A DNA stretch of 64,000 bases. It comes from a virus. The DNA lies in IMG/VR virus record IMGVR_UViG_3300031414_000009, positions 102,152 to 166,151 of that record. One strand, written 5' to 3'. Shown here one piece after another: positions 18,118-28,900 of this stretch (its first letter is position 1; each line of letters starts with the position of its first letter). The notes beneath the pieces are model-generated. The model had not been told where the DNA came from, did no database searches, and saw nothing but the letters and a program-made list of their open reading frames with translations. The position numbers and the translations under genes were made by a program.

Positions 18118-19041
18118 TTAAGCGTCAAGTTCATCCGGGCAGATAACCACGACGTTCTTGTACAGAATGGCACTGTACGGGCCAATACTCAGATACTCGA
18201 ACATACGACTGTTCGGTACGTCGCCAGCAATATAATTGTTGAGCTTGTCAATGATCTCCGTGACACAACCAGACCAGCAGATATTCTGCCAGATAGCCAG
18301 AGCCGGATCGATAAGCAGTTCTGACTCAGTCAAGTCATCGCGTTCTACCGTAGTAAAGGTACGTGGCTCACCATTACCCAGTTCGATGAGAACGTTAGCA
18401 AACTGGTCAAAGATGTCGACGTGCTCAGCCGGAGCCTGCTCTGGCCATACATAGCTGAACGGAACGATTGAAGTCTGACGGGTGGTTGCGTTCAGCTGCT
18501 CTACCAGGGTAGTGCGTTTGTAGCGAACCAGACCGCGCTTAACTTCAAACTGGATACGCACACTTACGTTGGTATCGTTGTGCTGCGCATCGAGCGTGTG
18601 GTGACCATTGAACTGCACCCAACCAGATCCCAGCAGCGTCATTGCCAACGACAACTTACCTGCGCCTACACAATGAGAGAAGACCATGTTCATCAGATTC
18701 TGAATGGAAATCATTTCATCGTAAGCAACCAGTGCCTCCACCGGAATATTAGCCAGCCAAAGCGGGATGTTGGTCAGACGAGTACACGGGCAGCTTGACA
18801 GCACGAACTCAGTAACCTGAGACGGGAACATCGCTGTAGCTAACTGCTCCAGACGTACACGGTACTGAATGGTCGGGTGTTCGTAAGTGGTGCTGTTACG
18901 AAGGTCGTCATGTCCGACACCTACTGCATCGATCTGCAACAGGAACGAGTTGTCGATCAGATCCAGGTCACGAACCAGGATAGAGCCGTTCTTAGCTGGG
19001 AGGGTAGATTTGATATGGGTAACACGGATATTGCGGTTCAT
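18118..19041 (-). CDS. hypothetical protein (307 aa)
   Basis: Start reassigned to MNRNIRV after AAGGA; codon usage looks biased to CTG/CGT/AAC by eye. Confidence 0.8.
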   Translation of the reverse strand: MNRNIRVTHIKSTLPAKNGSILVRDLDLIDNSFLLQIDAVGVGHDDLRNSTTYEHPTIQYRVRLEQLATAMFPSQVTEFVLSSCPCTRLTNIPLWLANIPVEALVAYDEMISIQNLMNMVFSHCVGAGKLSLAMTLLGSGWVQFNGHHTLDAQHNDTNVSVRIQFEVKRGLVRYKRTTLVEQLNATTRQTSIVPFSYVWPEQAPAEHVDIFDQFANVLIELGNGEPRTFTTVERDDLTESELLIDPALAIWQNICWSGCVTEIIDKLNNYIAGDVPNSRMFEYLSIGPYSAILYKNVVVICPDELDA

Positions 19042-19091
19042 AGGTAGATCCTTGTGTAATGTCCTATTGGCGGACATGGATTAATGTAAAC

Positions 19092-19430
19092 CGGCATATT
19101 AAGGAATTCAATACGCGGTGGAATGTACAGGGGTGTCTTATTTCCCTGCACATACACACTACGCACTGATGCTTACGGATGTAATTCAACCGAGCACTGT
19201 GATGATGGATTGATTAGAAGTTTTTCCGGAACGTCTCATCCAACACCAATGTATAGTGCCAACTCGTTATGGTGAGTTGGCTACCATAGGGAGCATGAGG
19301 AAGAGCGCGAAATGGTTTACCATGCAACCCCGCGAAGGCATTTAGCTATGCAGTCAACTTGTAAGAGGTGAACCGCATTGAACCATGGTAATTCCAAATC
19401 GGGATGCTCTCCCTCACGCAAACCGGGCAG
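19092..19430 (-). ncRNA. candidate structured non-coding RNA or long structured leader
   Basis: Largest gene-free gap in the window; at least six complementary stems, most G-U pairs favouring the minus strand. Confidence 0.5.
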
Positions 19431-19637
19431 TTACGCCGCGATATCGTTAGCCTGTTTCTCTTCTTCCACTTCCGCAGAATCAGTGAGGTGCAGCATCTGC
19501 TGCTCATCCAGGTGATCTACCAGCGCAGCGCTCAGAGCTTCACGCTCTTCTGCAACATTCAGGTCGACAGGTTTTTCTGGGCTGAAAGTACTCAGGAAAC
19601 CGGTTACTGATTCTTTGATCTCGATTTTAGTTGACAT
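19431..19637 (-). CDS. small acidic protein ending in ANDIAA
   Basis: 68 aa, GGAG RBS. Confidence 0.7.
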   Translation of the reverse strand: MSTKIEIKESVTGFLSTFSPEKPVDLNVAEEREALSAALVDHLDEQQMLHLTDSAEVEEEKQANDIAA

Positions 19638-19731
19638 CGATACTGCTCCGATAGGTTAGAACGATTGAGTACGCCACCATTGGCGTACCCTTAACACAAC
19701 GAACTGCTTACAGACCGCGTTTGGGTAAAGC

Positions 19732-20160
19732 TTAGCTCAGCGCTTCGGCGGCTTTTGCTTTCAGGTGTGCTTTGACAGAAGTCAGGTGCGCAGTTGCACG
19801 ATACTTCACAGAGATCTGGCTGGTAGACATGCGACCGCCTTTACCATCAGATACTTCGACAGAGCGTTTGAAGCCCAGGTCGAGGTTCGCAGAACCCATT
19901 GGGATACGCGCCGCAGTAGCTTCCAGCTCTTTGCTGCCAGCCATTTTGTCAACAGACAGTTCACCCATTGCCAGGGCCGCTGCACACATAAAGGTATTGT
20001 CGTTCTTCTCATATGCCTTACGGCCTTCGAGAGTCAGACCTTCAGCCAGGTTACGCTCGTAAGCGTCGGCTGCGAATACCGGGGAACCGTCTTCTGCGTA
20101 GGTCACGTCAGTTTTCAGGTTGTCTGCTACGTTACGTACTGCGTCTTTAATAGTGCTCAT
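19732..20160 (-). CDS. hypothetical protein, probably abundant
   Basis: 142 aa, GGAG RBS, codon usage looks optimised. Confidence 0.8.
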   Translation of the reverse strand: MSTIKDAVRNVADNLKTDVTYAEDGSPVFAADAYERNLAEGLTLEGRKAYEKNDNTFMCAAALAMGELSVDKMAGSKELEATAARIPMGSANLDLGFKRSVEVSDGKGGRMSTSQISVKYRATAHLTSVKAHLKAKAAEALS

Positions 20161-20249
20161 TATACTACTCCATTCGTTCAGTGTTGATAGTTCGGATTGG
20201 GATTACTTTTATAGCATACCCTCACTCTATACGTGGGGTATGTATTTTT

Positions 20250-20633
20250 TTACAGCGTTGACATACGAGTAGCCAGCTCCAGATGTGAGCATACACCGTA
20301 CAAACGCAGATTGTGGATCTCTAACCCACCACAGGTTTCGACTTTGGCAACGATCGGCTTCCATGATTCATGGATATCTTTAACCTGTGCTGCAAAGCGA
20401 GTTGAGGACACTGGGTGAATACCCACGATACCACGGTGGTCGTTGTTGTCTGCATAACCGACTACACCGTAGATACGACCTTCACGGAGTTCTTCACGTT
20501 CGATACCGAGAATGCCATATTCTTCTTTGACTACGTCCCCATTGCTCAGGGTAACGTCTACACGAATAGTAGACAGACTGAGGTGGCTGTTCCACTGGAT
20601 AGATACGAAGTCAAGCTTTTGTGCATTTAACAT
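20250..20633 (-). CDS. hypothetical protein
   Basis: 127 aa, first gene after early promoter motif. Confidence 0.75.
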   Translation of the reverse strand: MLNAQKLDFVSIQWNSHLSLSTIRVDVTLSNGDVVKEEYGILGIEREELREGRIYGVVGYADNNDHRGIVGIHPVSSTRFAAQVKDIHESWKPIVAKVETCGGLEIHNLRLYGVCSHLELATRMSTL

Positions 20634-20672
20634 GGGGTCTTATTCCTTATAGGAGTGGGTGTTAACACTAAG

Positions 20673-20690
20673 GTAATATATACTTGAAAT
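20673..20690 (-). promoter_or_regulatory. putative early promoter
   Basis: ATTTCAAGTATATATTAC, contains exact TATATTAC. Confidence 0.7.
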
Positions 20691-21223
20691 TACTTTGAGT
20701 CCGCAACGACCACCAGGCTGGATTCCATCGTGTTGATGCGAGCCTCTAGCTTCTCACGGAAAGTGATGGAGCCAATCGTCTCTTGCAGTGAGAGGCACTC
20801 TACAACGATCACAGGAACAACCAGAGAAACAAACCTGCGCGGGGTGACACCACGCATCGGGTTGAACATGCGCATCTTGTAGAGCTTCCTGAACAGCTCT
20901 TTCGCCATCGGGTTAAACGCCAGCAGGTGAGCGCGGAGCTTTAACCATTCCAGCATAATGTCTACAGTCAATGCCAACACCCGCATCTTAGAGCTATCGC
21001 CATTATCTGCATACATAGCGTAGTGGCTTTCTAACGGAATCCGTGAAAGGATAACCCCAGGCTGAAACACGGTATCGCAGTGTGGTGCTGTGGTGGCCAC
21101 TAATTGCTGACGAGTAGGTCTGCGCATACCCTTGCGATAGAGAGAACGAAATGTGGTGTAAATGTTCGTTACTAAGATAGTGACTTCAGACTCAAGGCTT
21201 GCGATGACGAGGTGGTTTGACAT
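20690..21223 (-). CDS. hypothetical protein
   Basis: 177 aa ORF, AAGGAA RBS. Confidence 0.75.
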   Translation of the reverse strand: MSNHLVIASLESEVTILVTNIYTTFRSLYRKGMRRPTRQQLVATTAPHCDTVFQPGVILSRIPLESHYAMYADNGDSSKMRVLALTVDIMLEWLKLRAHLLAFNPMAKELFRKLYKMRMFNPMRGVTPRRFVSLVVPVIVVECLSLQETIGSITFREKLEARINTMESSLVVVADSK

Positions 21224-21235
21224 TGGAGGTGTTCC

Positions 21236-21916
21236 TTATACTTGGCGAACGAATATGTTGGTTTCAGACTCACGACGGATTTTATCTAACAACTGGTCGT
21301 CAGTGTAACCACTGCTTAAATAGTTAACGTAAACTTTGGCATCTACTACAGCTACAATCTCATCGGGCATGACGCCATCAAGATAGCTACGGGTATAAAC
21401 AAAACGGAGAGGGTCGTTCGATGACTCCATATAACTCAGAGTCTGACACGCACGGTCAATAGCTTCCGCACAACGGCCAATTAAGAAGTCCAGTCCATCT
21501 TCTTGATCGTCAGACAGATCCCAGATCTCGCGGATAGCTGTCAGTATGTACGCCAATGCAATCACTGCATCCAGCGATACACGACGGTTACGGAACTGTG
21601 CAAACTGACCACTTGGGTCACGACGTAATTCGTTCCACGCCGATTCATCATTACGGATAAAGGCATGATAGGTTGCATGCAGCTTAGCCGGTGTGAATTG
21701 TTTAGCGATCAGCTCGAATGTGGGTGTTGCTAACATAGGCTCAGAGATACCTGCGTTCAACATGAGGCTACGTAAGGCACGACCCGAGACAATCGGGAAG
21801 TCTTTACACGCAGTTTCAAAATCCCCCACCGCACGACGGATTGTATTGGTCCATTCCATTAAACCAACGTCGTGGTGGGGCTGCATCATGTGGGTTGGTT
21901 CAATAATGATCTGCAT
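21236..21916 (-). CDS. hypothetical protein
   Basis: 226 aa ORF, AAGGAG RBS. Confidence 0.75.
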   Translation of the reverse strand: MQIIIEPTHMMQPHHDVGLMEWTNTIRRAVGDFETACKDFPIVSGRALRSLMLNAGISEPMLATPTFELIAKQFTPAKLHATYHAFIRNDESAWNELRRDPSGQFAQFRNRRVSLDAVIALAYILTAIREIWDLSDDQEDGLDFLIGRCAEAIDRACQTLSYMESSNDPLRFVYTRSYLDGVMPDEIVAVVDAKVYVNYLSSGYTDDQLLDKIRRESETNIFVRQV

Positions 21917-21934
21917 TTCTTATTCTCCTTGAAA

Positions 21935-21977
21935 GGGCATAAAAGCCTCCCGAGAAGGAGGCTTTGTTTTTATGCCG
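21935..21977 (-). terminator. terminator (GCATAAAA family)
   Basis: GGCATAAAA-GCCTCC-CGAGAA-GGAGGC-TTTGTTTTTATGCC. Confidence 0.7.
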
Positions 21978-22728
21978 AAGTAATATCGGTTATCTTTTTC
22001 CAGCGCGATAAAAGATCAGCGCTTCCTGCGATTGCTTCATCGCCTGGGCTAGTCTGGTTGAATACCCAGTTAGCAGCCGCCAGCGGCTCTGTGCCGCCTT
22101 TAGTGATCCAGGTGGCCATAGCACCAGCATCGTAGAACACTGTCTCACGGTTCTCGTTAGCGAGGCTTGTGAGGGCAGATACAAATACGTTACCTGTTGG
22201 CTGCAATGGATCATTGTGTCGCAGGATAACAATAGCCACATACGTTACGTGACGAAGGAGAGCACGCAGGATACCAGAGTTCTCAATGCCCACTGGTGTA
22301 CCCTTATTCTCTTCTTCCTGAATCAACGTCTTAATGCCCAACATCGCCATCGCCAGTGCCGGGTAGTTAATCGGGTCCTGGTTAAAGGTGTAGCCAATGC
22401 GAGGAGGTAAATACGTCGCACGGTTGCTGATGTAAGACATATTGTAGCCGTAGAGAATATTTAAAAACACGGCTTCGATATAAGAGTCAGGAATGTCACG
22501 TAAATTGGCAATCGGAATAGGGTTGAGTGGATCAGCCCCTGCGATGCGTTGACGCCATTCGTCGGCAGAGAAGTCAATCTCCCACGTTACTTCAGGCAGT
22601 GGCTCTAGTGGCTTCGTATACGTACCGATACCGGCAGTATCTACGCCACCATCCCAGAATTTGAAATAGTCCTGTGGAACCAGCGCCAACGCACCGAAAA
22701 CATCAGTGCTTTTTCGGTAGATATACAT
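21970..22728 (-). CDS. hypothetical protein, possibly virion head protein (phiKZ gp174 position)
   Basis: 252 aa directly downstream of the prohead protease; assignment by synteny only. Confidence 0.55.
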   Translation of the reverse strand: MYIYRKSTDVFGALALVPQDYFKFWDGGVDTAGIGTYTKPLEPLPEVTWEIDFSADEWRQRIAGADPLNPIPIANLRDIPDSYIEAVFLNILYGYNMSYISNRATYLPPRIGYTFNQDPINYPALAMAMLGIKTLIQEEENKGTPVGIENSGILRALLRHVTYVAIVILRHNDPLQPTGNVFVSALTSLANENRETVFYDAGAMATWITKGGTEPLAAANWVFNQTSPGDEAIAGSADLLSRWKKITDITSA

Positions 22729-22743
22729 CCAGCTTACCTATTA

Positions 22744-22762
22744 GTAATGTGTATTTGAAAAA
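22744..22762 (-). promoter_or_regulatory. putative early promoter variant
   Basis: TTTTTCAAATACACATTAC. Confidence 0.5.
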
Positions 22763-22769
22763 CTGATGA

Positions 22770-23549
22770 TTACCAGCGAGTAGAGCCACCAACTGGGAAC
22801 ACGAGTTCGCCGCGATTAGGCTTGCGTGCACCGATGTCCAGGATGATGCTCTTGGCCACGTTGTTCGCAGACTCATTACCCATCTGTGCATTCTGACGAC
22901 GTTCAACGAGTTCGTCCAACATGTCACGAGAGATAACGATTTCCGGACCACTGTGTGCTTCAAGACCTGGTGCGTTCCACTTCTTCGCCAGATAGATACC
23001 CGGCTCATTAACGTGGTCGTATGTGATAACAGCACGGACTTCTTTTTCAAGACGACCATTGCGGTAGTTATCATCAGTCAGGCTACGGATAGACTGACAC
23101 GCATTGGCACGTGGAGTTTCCAGTGCATCAATCAGTGCGCCTTTCTTATCGCCAAAAGGTTTGACCTTGCCTAAGATGGCAATGATCGGTTGACCATCGC
23201 GACCACGGAACAGACCATCGTCTGCCCAAAGATCTGCGATGTGCTGGCAAACGTTTGGCTCGTAGATGTCCATGATGCGATTCATGAACTGACGATCATT
23301 CATGCCGGGTTGCATACGCGGATGACCCAGCTCACCACGCAGGGCACCGTCTAACACGCGGCGCTGGAATGCGCTCGTCTTAGCAAACAGTGCCTGTACG
23401 TTACGCGACCACGGGTACCATGCCTCACCGGAGTTGTGAACGTTAAAGCCGCCCATTACCATGGTATAAAAACCATCGGCATCAGGCTTCATCACGCCGG
23501 ACTTGTTGGTACCTTGCAGTGCGGTACAACCATAACGAAAGAGTTCCAT
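22770..23549 (-). CDS. prohead (head maturation) protease, phiKZ gp175/T4 gp21-like
   Basis: LRGELGHP (His), QSIRS (Ser), TYDHVNEPG motifs; conserved position downstream of vRNAP genes. Confidence 0.9.
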   Translation of the reverse strand: MELFRYGCTALQGTNKSGVMKPDADGFYTMVMGGFNVHNSGEAWYPWSRNVQALFAKTSAFQRRVLDGALRGELGHPRMQPGMNDRQFMNRIMDIYEPNVCQHIADLWADDGLFRGRDGQPIIAILGKVKPFGDKKGALIDALETPRANACQSIRSLTDDNYRNGRLEKEVRAVITYDHVNEPGIYLAKKWNAPGLEAHSGPEIVISRDMLDELVERRQNAQMGNESANNVAKSIILDIGARKPNRGELVFPVGGSTRW

Positions 23550-23550
23550 G

Positions 23551-24273
23551 CTACAACCTCAGAAGTTTCTCAAATCCTTCCAAACGGACAGCGGGGTTAA
23601 CCAGCGCCGAGGCGAGTGCGTCACGGAAGTAACTACCCATCAGTTTGGTCGTGGTATTGGTCGCTTGCGCCTGGATATTACGGAAAGCTACAAACGCAGG
23701 GTTTGTGCGATCCAGTTCTTGTTTGCTACTCACCGATTGACGGAGGTAGCGATTTCGTTGGTTGGGGTCACGCGCCATAACTGCGGCCAACATCTCAAAG
23801 ATAGCATGGTTGGTGTGCAGGTTCAGGTTTGCGTAATCCTTGGACGTATCGAAAATACGACCAATGTCAACGTAACTCATATACCAAGGCACTCGACCTT
23901 TAGCAATGAATTCGTTGTAGATCTGGTATGGGAGTTTGTTATCACACACCATCGCAGTATTTGGGATGACTACCGCGCCGGGTTCAAAAGTGAACTCCAG
24001 ATATTTCGTGTCCCCATAAGTGCGCTCACCTACCGTTGTGGGTGACAGACGTAACATAGAGTCTACTAATGAAACTCCGTAGTACTTGTCGCCAACCACC
24101 ACAGCAAAGATAGCGAGTGTAAAAGCACTACCCACGAAGTTAGCCAGTTGTTTTTCAACGTAGCGTTTCGGGATAATGATCTTACACCCTTCCTTAGTGA
24201 TATACTGGTTGCCCTGCTTCACTAAGTTACCATGCACTTTGGAGGCGTCACGAACAAGACCTGTGTAATCCAT
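23551..24273 (-). CDS. conserved virion protein, phiKZ gp176/SPN3US gp244-like (proposed vRNAP-associated)
   Basis: GRVPWYMSY, TNTTTKLMGSYF; position between protease and vRNAP beta. Confidence 0.6.
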   Translation of the reverse strand: MDYTGLVRDASKVHGNLVKQGNQYITKEGCKIIIPKRYVEKQLANFVGSAFTLAIFAVVVGDKYYGVSLVDSMLRLSPTTVGERTYGDTKYLEFTFEPGAVVIPNTAMVCDNKLPYQIYNEFIAKGRVPWYMSYVDIGRIFDTSKDYANLNLHTNHAIFEMLAAVMARDPNQRNRYLRQSVSSKQELDRTNPAFVAFRNIQAQATNTTTKLMGSYFRDALASALVNPAVRLEGFEKLLRL

Positions 24274-24289
24274 AACGCCTTCCTTTTAG

Positions 24290-25747
24290 TTACTTGCGAA
24301 TCAGCTGGTCAGCAACCCACTGGCAGATGTAAACCTTGGCACCGTGGTAAGCGGCCACACGTGGGCTACAACCTGGGTTCTCCTGCATGTACGCATCGGT
24401 AGCGATCAGCAGGTCCAGTGTCTGATAACGAGCGTACAGGACGCCAGCGACCAGATAACGAACATGCTCGTACATGTCGGCAGCAGTAAACTCGCGCGCT
24501 TCCGCGTAAGTCTTGATTGCTTCCCACAGAATTTCCGGTGAGGTACCCAGCTCAGACAGGTCCAGGCTGTTTACCAGTTTACCGAGTTCAGTGTAGGCAA
24601 CAGAACGGGCAGTGTCAGAGAGACGACCCAGTGCATTGTTACGGAAACTTTCAACCTGCTTAGCCCATGCGGCATTCAGTGCTTCGGCATTAGCCAGAAC
24701 AACATCAGCAGTACGTGGACCAGTAAAGCCAGGCAACGTGGTCGCGAACAGCAGCTCAGGATAACCTTCTTTATCCAGGAATGCGTTGTACACACGGTCC
24801 AGGATTGGGAACTCGTTTGGTGCCACAGCTACGCCTTGACGCAGGGTAGTAGGCAGATCCAGACGACCACTTGCGATGTGCTGTGCGATATCGCTGAGCA
24901 GCATGTGGTAGGTAGCACCCAGGCCAGCTTGCGCGTTAACCACGGCTTCGTTCCAGTAGTCAATAGACACAGGAGTATTGGCCGGTGGGTTATCATGCAG
25001 GTTGTTCAGGATGATACACGCGATAGCCAGCGGAGGCAACGCGAATACGTTACGACGGATGAATGGGGTAGCCCCACTGAAGTCAACCAGACGAGTGTAG
25101 CCATTGCTAACGTCATCGTTGTGTGTCAGTGAGCCACGCAACAGGTCGTTGACCAGTTCATCGATGTAACCGTCAGGATAGCCAGCCAGGAAGTCCAGCA
25201 CCTGTGCGTTGGTGTCAGCACTACCGGTTTCCAGCAGTACCTTCAGTTGATCACCAGTTAAAGTAGGCAGGTCGGTAATAAAGGACAGGTTGGTCGGAGT
25301 ATCTTTGTATTGAGCAAAGAGTTCGCTTACTGTGACGGAGGCAGCCAACGGATGGATTTTAAACTCACGTACGTCGTTGGTTGGGGTCAATGCACGGTCA
25401 ACCGATTTAACGATAGCGTCAACAGTTGAGGCAATGGCCGGTACGACTACGTTACGTGCTTTCTCGATGGTCTTTTCCATCTGAGCAGCACCCTGGGAAA
25501 CCAGACCTTCAACAATCATCTCGTGACTGGTAGAGATCTGACTGGTTTCTTCAACCGCTTCAAGGATAGCAACCGTACCATCCTGCGCATCACCAACGAT
25601 CTCGATGAGTTCTTCATTGACCACAGGTGCACTGTTTACGGCCAGATCGTCGAGTGGGCTGTCGTCCATTGCTTCCAGACCCACGCCACGGCGAATCATG
25701 TTAGCAACAACAGGACGTACAGCAGTAGTTACATTCTTACGCAACAT
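24290..25747 (-). CDS. virion head protein (phiKZ gp177-like position)
   Basis: Start reassigned to MLRKNV after GGAGG; assignment by synteny. Confidence 0.6.
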   Translation of the reverse strand: MLRKNVTTAVRPVVANMIRRGVGLEAMDDSPLDDLAVNSAPVVNEELIEIVGDAQDGTVAILEAVEETSQISTSHEMIVEGLVSQGAAQMEKTIEKARNVVVPAIASTVDAIVKSVDRALTPTNDVREFKIHPLAASVTVSELFAQYKDTPTNLSFITDLPTLTGDQLKVLLETGSADTNAQVLDFLAGYPDGYIDELVNDLLRGSLTHNDDVSNGYTRLVDFSGATPFIRRNVFALPPLAIACIILNNLHDNPPANTPVSIDYWNEAVVNAQAGLGATYHMLLSDIAQHIASGRLDLPTTLRQGVAVAPNEFPILDRVYNAFLDKEGYPELLFATTLPGFTGPRTADVVLANAEALNAAWAKQVESFRNNALGRLSDTARSVAYTELGKLVNSLDLSELGTSPEILWEAIKTYAEAREFTAADMYEHVRYLVAGVLYARYQTLDLLIATDAYMQENPGCSPRVAAYHGAKVYICQWVADQLIRK

Positions 25748-25958
25748 TTCCTGCCTCCTGTACTGCAATGTTAGCCATAGCGTTCGCACCGCGATTCAAG
25801 CAGGCGTTCAGCTGGATAGCAACATCAGACTCGATGTCACGTGGGCCATCCTGAGAACTTGATACGTCGTTCCCATCGATACGGCGAAGAATACCACTGG
25901 CAACTTCTACCGCATTTGACAACACAGTTGCCGTCTCAACTTGCTTTTTAAGATCCAT
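25737..25958 (-). CDS. small hypothetical protein
   Basis: 73 aa with GGAG RBS; stop overlaps the next start. Confidence 0.65.
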   Translation of the reverse strand: MDLKKQVETATVLSNAVEVASGILRRIDGNDVSSSQDGPRDIESDVAIQLNACLNRGANAMANIAVQEAGNVA

Positions 25959-25976
25959 GTCTGGACTCCAATTAAA

Positions 25977-25992
25977 GGGGACCGAAGTCCCC
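25977..25992 (-). terminator. GGGGAC-TTCG-GTCCCC terminator
   Basis: Hairpin followed by TTT, directly after vRNAP beta. Confidence 0.7.
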
Positions 25993-25997
25993 TACAA

Positions 25998-28900
25998 TTA
26001 ATTACGATACGCCTCGATAGTCAACTCGCGGACTTTCAAAGCTAGTGTGAAGGTGGTGCCCATAGATTCAGCACTACCCACGATACGGTCGGAGATACTC
26101 TGATATCCAAAGATACTATCCAGAGTTTCACCTGCTTCAGTTTCGTTCACACCGGACATGACTCGACCGAATGTGGTTTTCAGCTGATGACTGAAGACAC
26201 CTTTATCGCCTACCGCTGCATCGTAGGAAGCTGTAACTGAAATCAGTATCGCCGCCTGACGCGGTTGCAGACGTTTACCGTCAATCGTGGATTTGTCGTC
26301 AACTCGACCATTCTCTGGTCCAGTGCCACCTAAGCGGCGCTTACGACGTGCCATGGCTTTATCGGACACACGAATCAAACCAGCAATCGATTCGTTGAAA
26401 TCATCCGGGTCACCATTGTAGAAGACCTCGATCTTATCTACTACACCTGCCACACCTGCTTTCGGGTTTCCTGCCGCCAGTGCCTGCAATGAGTCATAGC
26501 TGTCGTCATCAAAAAGACCGGCGTTGGCCGTAATAGGGTTCTCTACGCTACATAAAATAGATTCAAGGTCGACTTTGCTACCAACCTCAACCAGATTATG
26601 CACAACCTCGCCATCATCGACTAACACTGACAATGGATAAGTTACCTGCGTTGTTAACAGCTCTGACACACGTTGACTGATAGCAGAACTATCCTCCAGT
26701 GTATCGGTACCATCCACTAACGCTACCCGCACAATCATGGCACCCTTATAAATAAGTTGGCCAGGCTGTAATGGGTCAGGGGTGAAGAACGCCTTGTTAT
26801 AGGCGATTGCGCTACCGTTTGAAATACGCTCACCAACTTTGAGGTTAGTGATCAGTTCATGCGGTACGGTCATACCAGCGATGATGCCATGCTCAAGACC
26901 AACCGCAACATACTGACGTCCAAGCGCTGGATCGTCGTAGTCAATCACGACTGCGTCTTCGTTAACCTCAGCAACCACACCGTCCCCAATAGCCATCACT
27001 GAGAACTTAGCGCCAGCACGGTGAGCAATGATACTTTCCATACCGGTACCAACTGGCATGGACTCGTACCCATTCGCTGCAATACCCGATGAGTTCTGGA
27101 TAGAGATGAAGTTTACACGCTTCGGATCGTCACGGTCAGCACCAGGTGCCAACAGAGCAGAAGTAGAAAGAAGCGATGCACCGCCATCCGATTCCTTATA
27201 GCGTGCAGTTGTGCCGCGTAGGGAAGTGAACTTAGGGTTAGCCGTGGTACTGGTGTTGATTGCTACTGAGCCGGAGTCAACCGTTGCCTCAGAGATGGTA
27301 CCCAGATCGTTCTTGTGATAAGCACGAGCAGAGCGAACCATACTGACTGAACTACGACCGCCGTCACCACCTGTTGTAACAGCTTCCTGCTCTTTCAGGT
27401 TATGTACTGGGGTAGAGTCCTCTACGATCTGACCAGAGCCATCGCTTTGGATACGACGGATGATCGCATCAGGGCGTAGTTCAATTGGACCACGACGACC
27501 AGATTGACGGTTACGTTGACTACGGATAGCCTTTGTGATTTCGCGGTAGATAGCACCCGCAACACGTTCGTAACCGGCCAGTCGCATGTAGTTCATGTCC
27601 GTTTCATCCGGGCAGTCATCAGTCAACAGCAACTGACATGCACGAACTAATAGCGGACCGAACTCAGTCGGCTCTTTCATCTCCGTAAGTAGGCCACGAG
27701 AGATATGGTCGAGGAATAGCAGATACTGGTTATCGACTTCACGCATGTATCGTGCGGAGAGGCCAGCTGCATCCATTACGTTCAGCACAGCTTCTGGACT
27801 ATTGAAGTCCTGGTACTCGTAGTTAGACACCTGGTCAGCAAAAGTATTGAAGCCAGCCATGATAATAGCCGCCAGACGATTGTTACGCTTCAGAACCAGA
27901 ACTTGGTCACGGAAACGAATAGAGAATTCGTCTACATTAACCTTCACACGTTCTTTAGCGTCATGTACTACCACTTCAGCTTTAAGACGAGACAGCAGTT
28001 CGTCAATACCGTAGTGATAGCAGAGTACCAGACCCATTGGGATGCGTTTACCAAATAGCGCAAACTCAGCAACATCCATCGGCGCATTAATCGCCTTGAG
28101 TTCCAGAACTTCTTCAATCGTACCAATCGGTGCTTCAGTATCAGCGCGATACAACATGCCCTGACGGTCAACAGTGAACGCAGTACGCTTCCCGTCGATC
28201 TTAACGAAGCCCATTGGATAGGACGACTTAGGTTCAGCAAAGAGAGACTCGTCAAAGCCTTCACGTTTACTGTAGTCGAGACGAAACTCGTAGTCACCGA
28301 ATTCAAACGACACGTACTGACTGGCCAGTGTGGTGAACACGCGTGGAGCGCGATCGGTATTCTTAACGCCCGTTCCGTATTGGATGTTAGAGTACTTGCT
28401 GTCAGTCTTACGCATACCCAGCTCAACTTCACGCAGCAACCACTGACCGTAATCGTCACGGACTTTATCTGAACGCCAGATGAAAGTCTTACCGTAATAA
28501 CTGGTCAGAGCAACCTTGTTTGGTGCTACCTTACGAATAGGCATGTCAACACGCTGCTTCTTCAGGTAGTAACGAACACCGTTCAGCTTGAAGTAGCCGT
28601 CTGGTTCGATAACTGGGACTGGAATCTTCAGTAATGTACGTTCGCCATCAACGGGCGTGTACGCCACTGTAACGGTATCCAGTTTATCCATGTACGTTTC
28701 TTTGCGTTCTTTCGCAAAAGTCGTCAGAGCGAATCCTGCGCGCTGTGGTGACATGAACATGTTAGCAATGTCGGAGTCCAACACTTTGTTAATGTAGTTG
28801 CGGTCAAACACCGTCAATGTGGACTTCAACATCGACTTATCCAAGACCGTTTTGATCTCAGGCAGTTTGAACGACTCCACGTCCTTCAGTGTAGACGGTT

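Noticed and set aside
19092-19730. tmRNA (tag-like ANDIAA followed by pseudoknot-like structure)
   Set aside because: No GGGG 5' acceptor strand, T-loop (GTTCRA) or 3' CCA could be found, and the tag ends an ordinary ORF with its own RBS and ATG.
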